A stretch of DNA of 64,000 nt. Origin: Octopus sinensis. Lineage: Eukaryota. The DNA is taken from positions 47,368,001 to 47,432,000 of the forward strand of contig NC_042999.1 in the NCBI RefSeq assembly GCF_006345805.1. The letters are read 5' to 3'. The notes below the pieces were generated by a model. The model did no database searches, was not told the origin of the DNA, and saw only the letters and a program-made list of their open reading frames with translations. Below are positions 1-13,468 of this stretch, piece after piece (positions within the stretch are counted from its first letter, which is position 1; each line of letters begins with the position of its first letter). The position numbers were made by a program, and so were the translations under genes.

Positions 1-329
1 AACTACAAATTTTTAAATTTAAATTTACAATTAATTATAATTTTTCAAAATTCGAATTGGGGAGGACTAAAGTTGTTATCTTTCGCATACTAGACATTTA
101 AATAGGCAGGAAATACTGCATAAAAGTGAAACTAACAATAACACTAAGTATGAGAATAAAATGATATAGATAAAAATAGTTTCAAGAATTTAAAATCAAT
201 CAAATTCACAGCTTTACACAAATGCCCAAGCTGTAGTCCTGCAAATAACAGAAATCCTTCCTGGTAAAAAGTTTTCAATTCAGTGCGATATTTTAAGAAA
301 TAGACTCTCCGTATACAAAACATTACCTA

Positions 330-1620
330 CGAGGGACGTTCAATAAGTAATGCCTTTGACCTACTTGCATTTGTTTGATCTAGCTGACATTTTGCATGTG
401 CAATTATTTATATTTCGATAGAGTAAGTGGCAAATTACAGCTCTGGATTTTCTGTGGTTTCTGATTTACAGGTGTTTGAACCGAGTCAAGTGTGAAATGG
501 AGCCTGTTGAGTGTCAAGCAGTGATCCGGTTATGTATTTGAAAGGACGCACACCACGGGAAACTTTTGATGAAATTAAAGTAACTTATGGTGATGATGCC
601 CTATCATATGACCTTGTAAAACGCTGGCATCGTGAATTCAAGCATGGTCGGAACTCTGTGGAAACAGCTCCCAGATCTGGTCGCCCCCTTCTGCCATTGA
701 TGAGGCATCTGTCCGTCAAGTTGAGGCTGCCATTTTGGAAGATCGACGCATAATTATTCGCCAAATAGCCCATGAGGTCAAGATTAGTACCGGGTCTGTG
801 GAAACTATCATTCATGACCATTTGCATATGCAAAAGGTGTCTGCCAGATGGATTCCCAGGTTGCTCACGCCTTTCCAGAAGCAAGAACGCGTCGAGTGCT
901 CGAGGGTGAATTTGGAGATGTGCCAAGAAGATGAGTCAAAATCTTTCAAAAGACTGATTACACAGGATGAAACCTGGGTCCATCACGATGATCCAGAGAC
1001 CAAAGCCCAGTCAATGCTGTGGAAGCACCGTGACTCACCCCCTCCAAAGAAGGCAAGGGTGCAGCCCTCCGCTGGCAAGGTCATGCTCACAGTCTTCTGG
1101 GACCAGGACGGAGTAGTGATGACAGATTTCCTGGCAAAGGGTACCACAATTGCAGGAGCCTATTATGCTTCACTTTTGAGGAAATTAAGAGAAGTTATCA
1201 AAATCAAGAGGCGGGGCAAGATCAGCAAAGGCATCCTCCTCCTGCAGGACAACGCTCCGGTCCACAACTCGCTTGTCGCCAGATCAGAAGCACAGGCGTA
1301 TGGCTATGAACTCCTCCCCATCCCCCCTACTTTCCTGACCTTGCACCCTCTGATTTTCACCACTTCCCAATCATGAAGTTGTTTTTGAAAGGAAAGCGTT
1401 TCCCAGATGATGCAGCCTTGTTTCTGAAGTCACGTTGAGGTTGGAGGGCCAAGCTGGGTTCTCCTACAAAAACGGTCTCCAGAGCCGCATCAAACGATGG
1501 GGTAGATATGCGTAACTCTGGGTGGTTCCTATGTAGAAAAAGACTAATAACTGTGCCAAGTTTCGTTGCTCTACTGCTATGGGAAGTGGGTCAGGGGCAT
1601 TACTTATTGAACGCCCCTCG
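330..1620 (+). mobile_element. Full-length (~1.29 kb) mariner DNA transposon, inactivated
   Basis: TIRs CGAGGGACGTTCAATAAGTAATGCC (from 330) and GGCATTACTTATTGAACGCCCCTCG (to 1620). TA target duplications at 328-329 and 1621-1622. Internal transposase remnants. Confidence 0.96.
497..1547 (+). pseudogene. Frameshifted mariner DD34D-type transposase
   Basis: ATG at 497 (MEPVECQAVIR). HTH region (VKRWHREFKHGR..PRSGRP), WIPRLL, ITQDETWVHH and LLQDNAPVH are present. PYFPDLAPSDF lies in a shifted frame and the protein ends GGSYVEKD* at 1547. Several frameshifts split it across ORFs 511-753 and 735-1376. Confidence 0.93.
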
Positions 1621-2667
1621 TATATAATCATGACACAGTTAAAGATTATTTACTCCTCATATAATCTGTAAAATCCCCACCAAACGCTGTAACAATCACA
1701 GTTTTTGTGTTTTTAAATGGCAGGAATCTAGTTGATATTAGTCATTTACCCTGTTCAGTTTATTATTAAGCAGATAGTTTAGTTAATGAATTCCAACAAT
1801 GAATATCTCTGGCATAATATAAACAATATATTATCTATAACATAATAAAAGCTAAATGTTGTAGCTTACAACGCGGTGTAGCCAAAGGTGGAGAGTTCTT
1901 GAAAAGGATAGATGACGCTTTTAAAATAGAACGTAACACAGAAAAGGCTTTTCGGCAAAAGAACGATGAGTTAAGGTTGCAGAGCTTTTGTAATATAAAT
2001 CAAAGATATATACGTGGTGTATTTCAATCTCATTATTTACATACAAACTGATGGCAAATCTGCAATGAAAGTATGGCAGTGTACATACATCCATGTGAAA
2101 ATAACCAATAAATTTGACATTCACTCCGTCTGGCCGCTCTGTTGGATAATATCGAAAAGCAGCGCTTTCATATTTGATACTACTCAAATCTTCCTAATGT
2201 CTCGAACAAGTAGCATCGTTAATACGAATATAATCATACAGTATTCGTTCATCAATTAAATATCACTCGCTTACAATGGCAATAAAAACCTAATTGGGAT
2301 AGTAATAAACATGTTACTGCCGTAATAAACTTCCTCTGGTTCATAATAAGCCGCATAATTGTTTTAATTCCTTTTCTCTCTTCCCTACATTATGTCAAAT
2401 GAAGTGTTCGTTCGTTGATGGATGCCACAGACTGCAAAATGCCAAGCAATAAATATTATTTGTAGACAATTATTTCAACATTAATTTTATCAAACTCATC
2501 ACATAAGTAGAACTTGCATTGTTTTACTGTCAATGTTTTTGTATTTTGAGTTCTTTTTATGAGTTGATCTATTGACAACGTTAACTGATTGCGATTAAAT
2601 TGGACTCCTTCGTTTCCTTCTATCAGTTTCCCGGTTTCCACCGTACTGTGTATATTTTAGACTGGGT

Positions 2668-2790
2668 TTAAGGCCGCCTATTAGCAGAGTCGTTAGTGTC
2701 TTTATAATATTGCCTTGCGTAATTCATTTCGGCAGTGTTGACTACCGTGGTCACCATTGCTTTTCATCATTTCGAGATAGATACATAAGG
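2668..2790 (+). mobile_element. Highly decayed tRNA-derived SINE (family B, as at 32.96 and 34.4-35.2 kb)
   Basis: TAGCAGAGTCGTTAG A-box-like head and TTGCTTTTCATCATTTCGAG resembling the family-B core TTTGCCTTTCATCCTTTCGG. Confidence 0.45.
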
Positions 2791-3341
2791 AACCGTTCCT
2801 TAACTCAGGTTGATTACTCTCTTTCTCTCTCTGATTCACTATCCCTCTGGAAGCAACCTGTTATAGTATAATATGGTGAGTGATAGGTTCTCTAAAGTAT
2901 GAAATTTCCGAAGATACACTTTCTGTCACGACTGAGCCCTTATGCCACCCTTAAGAGTTCCCGGCTACAGCTAACGCATGCAGAATTTGATTGTTACTAT
3001 AGGTTCAACATCTAATATACATAGTAGAATAATATTCTGTAGTTTATTTTAGAAATGTTTGTAGTGGGCACGATTATTTAATGCTGGCTAAAACAACTCT
3101 ATATAGATAACAAAAAGTCCTATTTTAGTTGGCTAAAAATTTAAGGTGAAGCAATTTAAAATAAGCACAAGAGATCCATCCGTTGAATTGGTTTTCTAGC
3201 CAGCTATAATTGGATTCACTCTCGCTACGGGTGTATAGGTAGCCGCTAATTTAGCTACGTGCTGACAAATAACTTCTCCGACTTCAGTCCCACTGCATGG
3301 CACCTTCGTGATATATCTTGTCCCATATATATATATATATA

Positions 3342-3547
3342 TACTATCCGTAGCCATTTCAACATGGCTGTCCTTTGGAACGAACTCTACTGTGATTTTT
3401 TAACCCCAAGAGGACATCTCTAACAAGTGAAAGATACAGAGCTCTATCTGCTAAAAGAGCTAGACGAGATGTCTTCTTGGAGTTCAAAAAGATCGCAGTA
3501 GAGTCCGTTCGAACGGACAGCTATGTTGAAGTGGCTACGAATATTAC
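3342..3547. mobile_element. Palindromic MITE-like repeat (~200 bp)
   Basis: Imperfect inverted arms of ~75 bp: CGTAGCCATTTCAACATGGCTGTCC...GGACATCTC versus GAGATGTCTTC...GGACAGCTATGTTGAAGTGGCTACG. Adjacent to (TA)n. Confidence 0.75.
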
Positions 3548-6500
3548 TCATAAAACTACCGCGTTGAATTCTTAGAGATTTTAGTACTGGCCTCTTTGCT
3601 TATATATAAATAAATAAATATATGCATACATGCATACATACATACATACATACATACATTCATTCATACATACACACACATACATACATAAATGCATCTA
3701 TAGGTTCGTGTGAGTGTACGCATATTTTCGAAATGAGTCGACCTGTGATTGAGTATTCTTCCGATAATGAGTTTTGCATCAAGGCTTGAGAGTCTCTGGT
3801 TCGCAAGGGCACTGACTCCACTATTGTGTCATTTCTACCGACACTGAAATAACTTCTTTCCTGTCCCACTTGCTTCTTCTCCAATCGCTATCGTGCCCAA
3901 GAACTAATTTCCAGCGCTAGTTACTGCACTAAATCTTAACTTCGGAGAACGAGAGCCCTCTCGGATTCTCTCTCTGCTAATATCTTTTCTGCATGTGGTG
4001 GCTTACACTATTTGAAAAGAAACATTAATAGCAGCAGTCTCGCAATCGCAGAAATAGATGCAAAGGCCATGGACACTGCCTCTTCAAACATTCCAACAAG
4101 TGAAGACAAAATACCGGGAAGATAACTGCACACGCGTAAAAAATAATGGCTATTTAATCACATTTGTTTTCATGTTGCTTAGTAGCATTTAAACTTCTAT
4201 CGTGTAAATAGTATACAGCCAGCACCAGTAAGGCAACAAATTACTTTTGAACTTATTGGCCAAAGACGGAAGCAGGATAATGGTGAAAATAGTGATTATA
4301 AAATTGTTATTAATATACAGTGCATAATCAACTGTGCATTATTATGGCCTTTAATGGCTGAATGTATCTCCATTGCTATTAAATAATTAATAGAGTTCTG
4401 ATACCATTTTTTGTTTGTTTTCTACTAGCTTACTAAATGTTATTTTCTGATCATCGTATCCTTGCTTTGTTATTCTACTGAAGTTGTTTGTTTTTCTGGC
4501 CAAATCCGTTTCAATGAATATGCATGCAAAATCGAGATAAACAGTGCAGGGAAGTCAACATTTGTTTCAACACTAATGTAAAATCAATGCTCATAAGAGA
4601 ACCTTGGCGTTTTGATACATGAAAGAAATATTACAAAGTAATTGTAACTAGAACATTTATAATCCGAAAAATCAAATCAAAATCCATTGAGAGTATACAG
4701 AAATAAATAATTACTACTAAACTGTTTTGAATATTAACTAATCTATTAGTAATATATTATCTTAATTTTATACCTGAATTACGAACTGCGATGAAGAGAT
4801 ATCTGTTTGTGTTGTACACTATTATATACACAATATAAATAATTTCAGCCGCCGGCGAAACATATGTCTATGCTTATAACAATACAAATTGCTTCATTTA
4901 GTCGTGTTTAAAACTCTTTCTGCTAGTCCTCTTGGCAGATAAGTGTCTTCTACATTTAGCGAATTTATTTTACATGCAAACTAACTTCAAATATCCGGCG
5001 TGGAGAATATGTACTAATTGTGAATACAATGCTTCACTGATAAAGGCTAGTAGCTTGGAATATTTATAGCTACAGTTTATGAGAGAACATGTAAAACAAG
5101 GATTTTCATGGGATGAGCCTTGTAATAGTTAAGGTGAAATAGAGAGTTCATATGTTGATTTTAAAGCTGCCAGGCAAAAAGATGTATACACACTCAGATA
5201 TTGCTCATAACTAAATTCTAGACTGGCTAGTGATGTATATCAAGACAGAAGTAGTGCTAATATATCAAATAAATCTAATTGGTTTTCTCGGAGCAAGGGA
5301 ATTCTTAGCAACAAATAAACTAAATTGGAGCAAATCCTATAAATTATTGGCAGAGAATAGTTCAAATTTGCATTCTAAAAGAAGAAATACTGATGAGATA
5401 ATGACAAAAGGAAAGTGATGTGGAATTAAGTACATGTAAATTTGAAATGTGACAATAGATTTAGTAGGTGACTTGACAACATAAATTGAAGTCAGCTTCA
5501 CGTTTTTATGTTATTCTTGACATGATTGCGCCTTACATATTCTCGAAAGTGAGAAATATCTCAAAATTGAATCAACAATATTAACCTTAACAAATAAAGA
5601 TATCACTTTTGTACTTTGAAATACGTATGTATCAAGTTCCCTAATGATAATGTGATTTTGATTTCGACTGTGAATATTAACGATAATTCTAAAATAAGGT
5701 TACAATATAAAAATTCAATTTTACAATATAGAAACAAAGAACAGAACAAGAATATCAGCATCTTGCAAGTGTTATAGAATAATAAATATATATATTATAT
5801 ACGTATAAGTCCACATAGGTTAGGTAAAGTAAATACAATGCAAAAGACTTTAAAATTATTTTAAGATTAATTTGTTGAAAACAGTCTCCATATATTGGAA
5901 ATATATTTGGAAATATAATCAAAAATATGTAATTTCTCATGGTATTTTATATTTTACCGTGATTTTTATGGTATTTTGCCGTATGCTGCATTATTAGCCT
6001 AACTGTAAAGCGTTTAATGCAATTAAACGCTAAGCAACTCACTGTTTAAACATTGGCAATAAATAACTTTGAAACATAATAAACTGTATCTTCTGAATTA
6101 CACAGATTTTATTCCAATGATTATTATCCTTCCAGCTGCTACTTTTTATATGTTATATTGTATGTTTTATGTTAGTAAAGATCAGATAAAGGTAAGTAAA
6201 ATTTATTCATTGATGTAGCTTTACCGAAGAGTGTTATTCTACATAAACATACTTTAATGTAATATTTCGCTTTTGTCACACATAAAAATGTATGTCGAAA
6301 GACACCGAAAATACATTGGTATTATTTTGCTGTTTGATATTGAAGAGGGGGAAACCAAAAGACTAACAAGAGATTTAAAAAAAGTATGAGCGCAACGGTC
6401 GCATGTTTTACGAGAATGCTTGCAGAAACGTTTATTTAAAACAATAGAGCTCCTTACCCCAAAGAACAAACGTCTGCATTTCCCTTAGTATCTATGTATA

Positions 6501-7978
6501 TTCTGTATATTCTTCTTTGGTGGAGTCATTAATATAAAGTAATTCAAAGATAAAATTGATCACGCCGTTCGTTCGTACCGGTATGAGAACATCCGCACAA
6601 ATTAGGATTACAAATACTTCCTGTAGGCCAAAACATTAAAAATGAAGCAACAATCTAGGAATGCATTCATGTATCACATTATGCTCATCTTAGCAGTTTA
6701 TATTCTAGTTGGTACAATTTCGTATATACGTAATGTAGCAGGACTCGTTTTCAATGTCATTTATAATTGACTATATTACTATAAGTTATTGAAGTTAAAC
6801 TGTTAAATTAGAGTCCTTTGAATTCATGTAAGTTAGGGAGGTAATTTACAGTACTCTGTATTTTGGAAACGGATATACAAATGCATTGAATGAAATAAAT
6901 TGACCGAATTGTTGAGATTTCATTGAGAATAAGAACACCAGATTGGACGCAAAAATTCTTGTCCCGAGTAAAAAATTAGTCTATATTCTTCGTTGTAATT
7001 CATGGGAAAATTTTACGAAATATGATGGATAGATATTCTAGTAAGTCATATTAACATAATTTGAAAATTATCAACAACTAATTTTACTCAGAATATCGTA
7101 CCACTCATAGGAAAATCACTTTCTTATGCAGGCACTGAAGATATCATGTCTACTATATAATATGAACATTAAATATAGCCGGTTGGAAATCAAATAACAC
7201 ATTCGACATCAATATAAACTATTGTTGGATGGGATATAACAAGTCCGTATCTTGCAATAACTTATATTTCTGAATTCAGTAATCAGAATCTCTCTCGGTC
7301 TACCGGAAACTGTCTGTGGCTTAAATTGTCTTTGTCAATGCAATTCAAATATCTAAAGTCAAAACCTGTAGAATTTCTTTCATATTTTCATTGCACCTAT
7401 CGAATGACAGACCTGTACCTTAATTTATGTTAGAAAGATCAAACAAAAACAATTTCTTTGGAGAAGAATGTGAGACAGATCCCAGACATATATAGAGGTT
7501 GAATATTGTGAGATATTCATAAATATTTAAAGATATGTTAAGGGGATAATCATAAATAACTATAAATGTTAGTGAAACGATTATTTAAGCTGAACATATC
7601 ACAATGTTATATACCCTTACGACATTGTAAAACAAAACTGGTGCTACGCTTTATTCATTTCTCTTGGCCGAGACTTTAACAAATCTATCAATAACATAAA
7701 ATTTCTTCGCCCCATATCCAATACTTTTCTTATGTGATGTTATTTATAAGAGTTTCGACCATATTTGATGTGTTAGAAAGATTTGTAGAACAACTCTGAA
7801 AACACATTCTTCTGTTTAAGGAATACAAATGCGGAAACAATATTAGTTACACACATTGTCACAAAATATATATCCGGATGAAAATTAGACCAACCGATTA
7901 GAGTTAAACAAGAAAAATAATACCAAATAGTAACAAAAATCAGTCATGAAACGAGGTATAATTGGCATCTGTATATAC

Positions 7979-8048
7979 CAGTGGTTCCCAATCCTTCTAT
8001 TTAAATTAATTCTCTCACGGCCCCCTTTTAATATGCTTATCCTTATGC

Positions 8049-8129
<81 letters not shown>

Positions 8130-8194
8130 ACGGCCACCCAGTAATATCTTTGCGGACTACCAGGGATCCGCGGACATCAGGTTGGAAACTACTG
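7979..8194. mobile_element. Short non-autonomous hAT (Charlie-like) element containing a (TA)n tract
   Basis: Termini CAGTGGTTCCCAATC and GGTTGGAAACTACTG form an imperfect 15-bp TIR of hAT-Charlie type. An 8-bp TSD is not cleanly preserved. Confidence 0.6.
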
Positions 8195-9748
8195 CTATAC
8201 AAACATTTTAAGGTTGCAACCTGCGAACTTCACAGTGAGACAATTGCTTAATTCCTTACACTTCCAACAATTTTCTGTACAAAATTTGGAATAAGCATTA
8301 TGTAGAACGCTCCTCCATAGTCAGTAATGGCCGAGGTAAAAGAAACGTGTTTCTTAAATGATTCATGCTCACAAAGAAAACAACGCAGAATAGAGACATT
8401 TACAAAAGCAGGCAACGAGCAAAATGAACCGCAGATAAATATCCTTATGAAATCAGTTTCAATCAATTGCATTTCCAAACAAAAACAGAGATATTGTAAA
8501 CTATTATGTGTAACATAGGTATCTCCATATAACAATAGATAAACGAATTCGGTTATCAGACACGACTATAAGGGTTATGACAAGTGTAAATAAAATGTTT
8601 ATAGAAGATATAAATAATATGACAACTTACAAGACACGCCTTTCGGTGTCTAACATTAAGGCGTGTGCATATGCGAAAGAATGTAAATATTTGTGCAGTG
8701 CTACTCCCACCGTCCTCTCCAAACACTTGATAGTTCACTTTGGCGCATATGCCAGATGCGTAAACAACTAGCATATCAAGTTTGAAGACAATTATTGATC
8801 AAGTAGTCGCGTCAAAATCATGAATTAGTGAGGAAGTACTTTTGCTAAATATTACTAAATATAACTGCCGCATTTTGGATCATTTGGCAAACTAGAGATA
8901 TTGATAAAATGTAGACCATCTTCCTATGATAATTTCATATTTATGTACATATACGCTTGCACAGCATGTGAAACCAGCAAAAGCTACTACACAGCTCACG
9001 TATAAACACAAGCATAGCTATATATTCTCACATATATACCATCTCTCTCTCCTTCCCCCTCTCTCTCTAAACACGGACACACTCACACAATATATATATA
9101 TATATATATATGCAAAGATAGAGAGAGAGAGACAGACATACAGAGAGAGGGAGAGAGAGAGAGACACACACAACATAAACTGGTGTGGTGGAATAGTGGT
9201 ATACTGGTATTTAAAGGCAATTCATTTACTAATCATACTAGATAGGATTGCGATGGTTTATGTAAATCTGTAAATCATTTACTTAAGAGACTTGTGATAC
9301 ACGAAATTTAACTCTATATCTATATATGAGAATGTATTTTTCATCTTTATATCGGGTCATATTTTCCATTGCGACTTTCTTCAAATTATGACACTATGAT
9401 GCAATAAGACGAAGCTGTTTTTTAGGAAAAGCTTTTCATTACAGAATCGGTCCTTGTTCGGTTCGAATTAACTTCCTTCGCTTTAAGATTCGTGTTTTTG
9501 GTGAAATTCATTTGAGAATGTGCGCACTCTGACCAGTCATGCGTAAGAAGTGTGGAAACACTCACACGTACAAGAAAATCTTCACACATACAAGGACTTA
9601 CATGCACACACACCATTTATTTACATCTTACTCGTTCCATTTCTTCAACTGTTGAAATCAAGGAAGGGACGTTACTAATTTACTAATTTCTTAATCACCT
9701 TAAGGAAGTACCTACCTATGACAATAATCTGAGAAGGTGGTAATGGTG

Positions 9749-9805
<57 letters not shown>

Positions 9806-9954
9806 GTGTAGGTATCAGCTACAGTGGTTTAATACCTCTATATTCGGATTCTGTTATCTAATTAATTAAAGACATACCAGCGAAAACCACGAGTTTCCCA
9901 ATGTTATTATATCCATTTTCTTCTCATATATATATATACATATATATATATAAC

Positions 9955-10073
<119 letters not shown>

Positions 10074-10095
10074 TAAGTGTGTGTGTGTGTGTGCG

Positions 10096-10382
10096 TGGAG
10101 GCGCAATGGCCTAGTGGGCTAGGGCAGCGGACTGGCGGTCGTAAGATCGCGCTTTCGATTTTCCGACTGGGCGAAAACACCTAAAAGCTCCACAAGGCTC
10201 CGGCAGGGGTGGTCGCGATCCCTGTTGTACTCTTTCGACACAACTTTCTCTCACCCTTTTTTCTGTTGGCCTGCTCACTTAGCCAGCGGGGTGGCGTCAT
10301 CTGAAGGCTAAAAAACAATGCGAAGCGCATTGTGACCAGCGATGTGTAGCAACATCTGATAGCCTGGTCGATCACGGTGATA
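10096..10382 (+). mobile_element. tRNA-derived SINE family A
   Basis: Head GGAGGCGCAATGGCCTAGTGG (A box) with a degenerate B box. The body matches the reverse complement of 15332-15624. Flanked by (TG)/(TA) microsatellites. Confidence 0.85.
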
Positions 10383-10386
10383 TACA

Positions 10387-10465
<79 letters not shown>

Positions 10466-12074
10466 TATATATATCAGATCATCAATCATACTATTATGAG
10501 CTGTAAATCTGTAAAGAAGAAATTTTTACCTGCAGTTCATGATTGAACAGAAAATGGGATGGTCAGAGAGGAAAAAAATTGAGGCTAATTCTGGTAAATA
10601 ACAGGAGCAATTTGTTACCGATAAACAATTGGAGTTTCTTCATGGAAACATAATGCAATTATTCCTACTAAACGACTAGCTTTGTTAACATTTACACAAA
10701 GGTGTGGCTGTTTTAAATTAGTTAGCCTAGAAATATGTCGATCCGTCTACGAACTTTAGTAGTTGTTAGATACTACTGAGATTCTTGCAGTGTATATCAT
10801 GCCTAGATTTCTGTGTGTTTACAACCTAAAGATAATCTTTAGGTTGCTGATAGTTTGCATAGTCGAAATGAATGTTTGGCATCATGGGTAGAAAACAATA
10901 TTTAGAGAGATACAATTATTAGGGAGGGGAAATCGGGCACTTAGTTCATTGAGATGTGGTAAAAAAACTTTTATGAATTGCAGCAGTATCCGTCTGGATT
11001 TTTAGGTATTAAGACGTTGGAAAAACTCATCAGTTGAACTGTTTTTGAACGGAACACTTAGTCCTTGTAACGTTGTTATTTTTGCCACCTGTATATATTG
11101 TTATATATATATTAGATGGTTTGGGGAGATCATCAGAGATTGTAAGGCGAATCTTATGCAGGTATTCTCTGGGTTATTATTCATGTTGTCATATGCTATA
11201 AAGGTGGATAATGCACGCAGGTCTTTCCTTAATATGTGAATTACGTGTGCTCTTGCCCTGATGTTAGGGACAATATTTTCACGGACTCGTTGCATTATAT
11301 TTTGCTGAAGGTTTCTATAGGTATAAATACTGCTGATTTGGAAATAGGTAACTAGTTTGCATAACATGTATTTTCAAGCTTAATGCATCACAAATGTGGT
11401 GTAACCTGCATAGGAGTTCGTATTTTTGGAGCAGATAAGTCCTTATTGTAGTCTTTAAAATGTGTGGTAGATATACCCACGTATCGAGGCAATTCGGAAT
11501 TGATAACGTGTGGCAGTCAACTCTCATGAGGATTGTCGCTGACTCACACGCCATGAACAGTGATCTGACGTGCAGCTCCTAAAGTAGGAACAATGCATAT
11601 AAAACCCATGGACTGATAGTATAACCAGGTGGAATCAATGAGCCTCAGCAGCATAACGTCTCTGTACCAGAAATTACAAGAAGCCATCCTCCAGAGCGCA
11701 ATTTCAAAATAGAATTAAGTCTAAACAGATGGTTTATAAACAGAAACAGGTGAGAATTTTGTTTCACAAAGTAACACGGTACAGGTGTTGGGCCTTAATG
11801 GTTACTTCAGGTCCAAGTAGGATAGGATTTCACGAATTCTGAGGAAGGAAGAAAATCCTTTAAATGACGATACATCTTAAATTCGAAAATTTCAAAATAG
11901 ATGTTATAGCAGGACTTGTGAATATCCAAATACATTCGAAAGATTCGCGACAAAATTTTATACTTTTCTTAGAGTGAGAATACTTGCAAATAACAAAGAG
12001 GAACATGCTTTCTGCGATGCGGTTATAATGTTATACACGTCAAGCATAGTGCTTCATATATCATCGTATCTTTT

Positions 12075-12300
12075 ATCGTTAATTTCTTTCAGTCATTGGA
12101 CTGAGGTCATAGTGGGCGACAGCGTTGAAACTTTTATTCGAAGAAATCGACTACTGTGATTCTAAGCCTGGTATTTTTTCTACAAAATCCTTTTTGTCGA
12201 ACTTCTAAGCAAGGACCTAAATGAAGCAACACATTTTCAAGTAGAGATAGGAGACAATCATAAACATAAATACACACACGCACACACATAAATACACACA
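12075..12300 (-). mobile_element. Decayed 3' body of SINE family C
   Basis: TTTCAGTCATTGGACTGAGGTCAT, AAGCCTGGTA and TTTTGTCGAACTTCTAAG resemble the family-C copies at 29.9 and 44.15 kb. It runs into (CA)/(TA)n as in those copies. Confidence 0.6.
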
Positions 12301-12387
<87 letters not shown>

Positions 12388-12490
12388 CATATATAATTTT
12401 CGAGATGATTATAATAATAATTATAATTTTGTTAGTATTAGTGGTATAAATATTAGAAATTATAAAATTAAAAATAAAAATAATAATAAC

Positions 12491-12552
<62 letters not shown>

Positions 12553-12601
12553 TAAGAATAATAAAAATAAAAATAAATTAAATAATAGTAATAATGATAA
12601 T

Positions 12602-13468
12602 ATGGATAAAATTAATAATATTAATAATTCCTTAAATGCTGTATATAGATATAATTCTGATAATAATTATAATAATATGAAGAATTCTAAATTTAATAAT
12701 TATAATACTGACAATTATAATAAGGTAAATAAGAATAAAATTTGGTTAATAGTTCCTTATGGTGATCAAGTAAAAACGAATATTATCAAAGAGATTTTAG
12801 ATATTATAGAACTATTTATTAGAGATAATCGTAAATATAAAAACATTTTCTCTAGTGATAATTTTGGAGTAGGTTATTCCACTACTAATAATGTAGGTAA
12901 CATTATTTCTTCATTTAATAAATTTAAACTGAAAAATGTTTATAAAAATAAATTATTTGATAATAATAATAATATGGATAAGACATATATTAATTGTACT
13001 TGTAGAGATAAATCTAAATGTAAATTAAATAATAAATGTGATATTAACGATGTAGTGTATAAATGTATAGTTATATTACATGATAATAACTTTAAGAAGA
13101 ATAATTACCCAAAAGCGGTTTATATAGGGTCTACTTCCTCTAAAATAAAATTAAGAATCGCACAACATATGAATTCTTTTAAAAATAAAAACTTAATCAA
13201 CTCCACTGGACTTAGTAAGTACATTTGGAGACTTAAATCACAAAATATTAATTATAGTTTAAATTGGGAAATAATTTGTAAAACTAAATCATATACTATA
13301 GGAGCGAATTGTTGTTATTTATGCTCTAATGAGTTTAAAGAAATTTTATTTTATAAGTATGATAATTTACTTAATATAGGTGAAGAGCGCAAAATAAAAT
13401 GTAGACATAGATTACTTTACCTATATAATAGTTCCATGATAAATAAAATTAATAGCCCCCTATTATAG
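12602..13468 (+). CDS. Penelope-like retroelement C-terminal GIY-YIG endonuclease domain (RT absent)
   Basis: 288-aa open frame. Cys linker CTCRDKSKC..C followed by VVY...VYIGST, R..QH..SF, T.LSKYIW, W.I, CYLCSNE and LLN..E..KCRH, the motif order of PLE GIY-YIG endonucleases. Confidence 0.85.
   Translation: MDKINNINNSLNAVYRYNSDNNYNNMKNSKFNNYNTDNYNKVNKNKIWLIVPYGDQVKTNIIKEILDIIELFIRDNRKYKNIFSSDNFGVGYSTTNNVGNIISSFNKFKLKNVYKNKLFDNNNNMDKTYINCTCRDKSKCKLNNKCDINDVVYKCIVILHDNNFKKNNYPKAVYIGSTSSKIKLRIAQHMNSFKNKNLINSTGLSKYIWRLKSQNINYSLNWEIICKTKSYTIGANCCYLCSNEFKEILFYKYDNLLNIGEERKIKCRHRLLYLYNSSMINKINSPLL

Noticed and set aside
1921-2641. Minus-strand ORFs with a vaguely Cys-loop-like stretch (HMDVCTLPYFHC)
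   Set aside because: Cys spacing and the FPFD motif do not match, no transmembrane helices follow, and stops intervene.
10096-10170. tRNA genes at this and other SINE heads
   Set aside because: A/B boxes are present but the cloverleaves are degenerate and each continues into a repeated SINE body.
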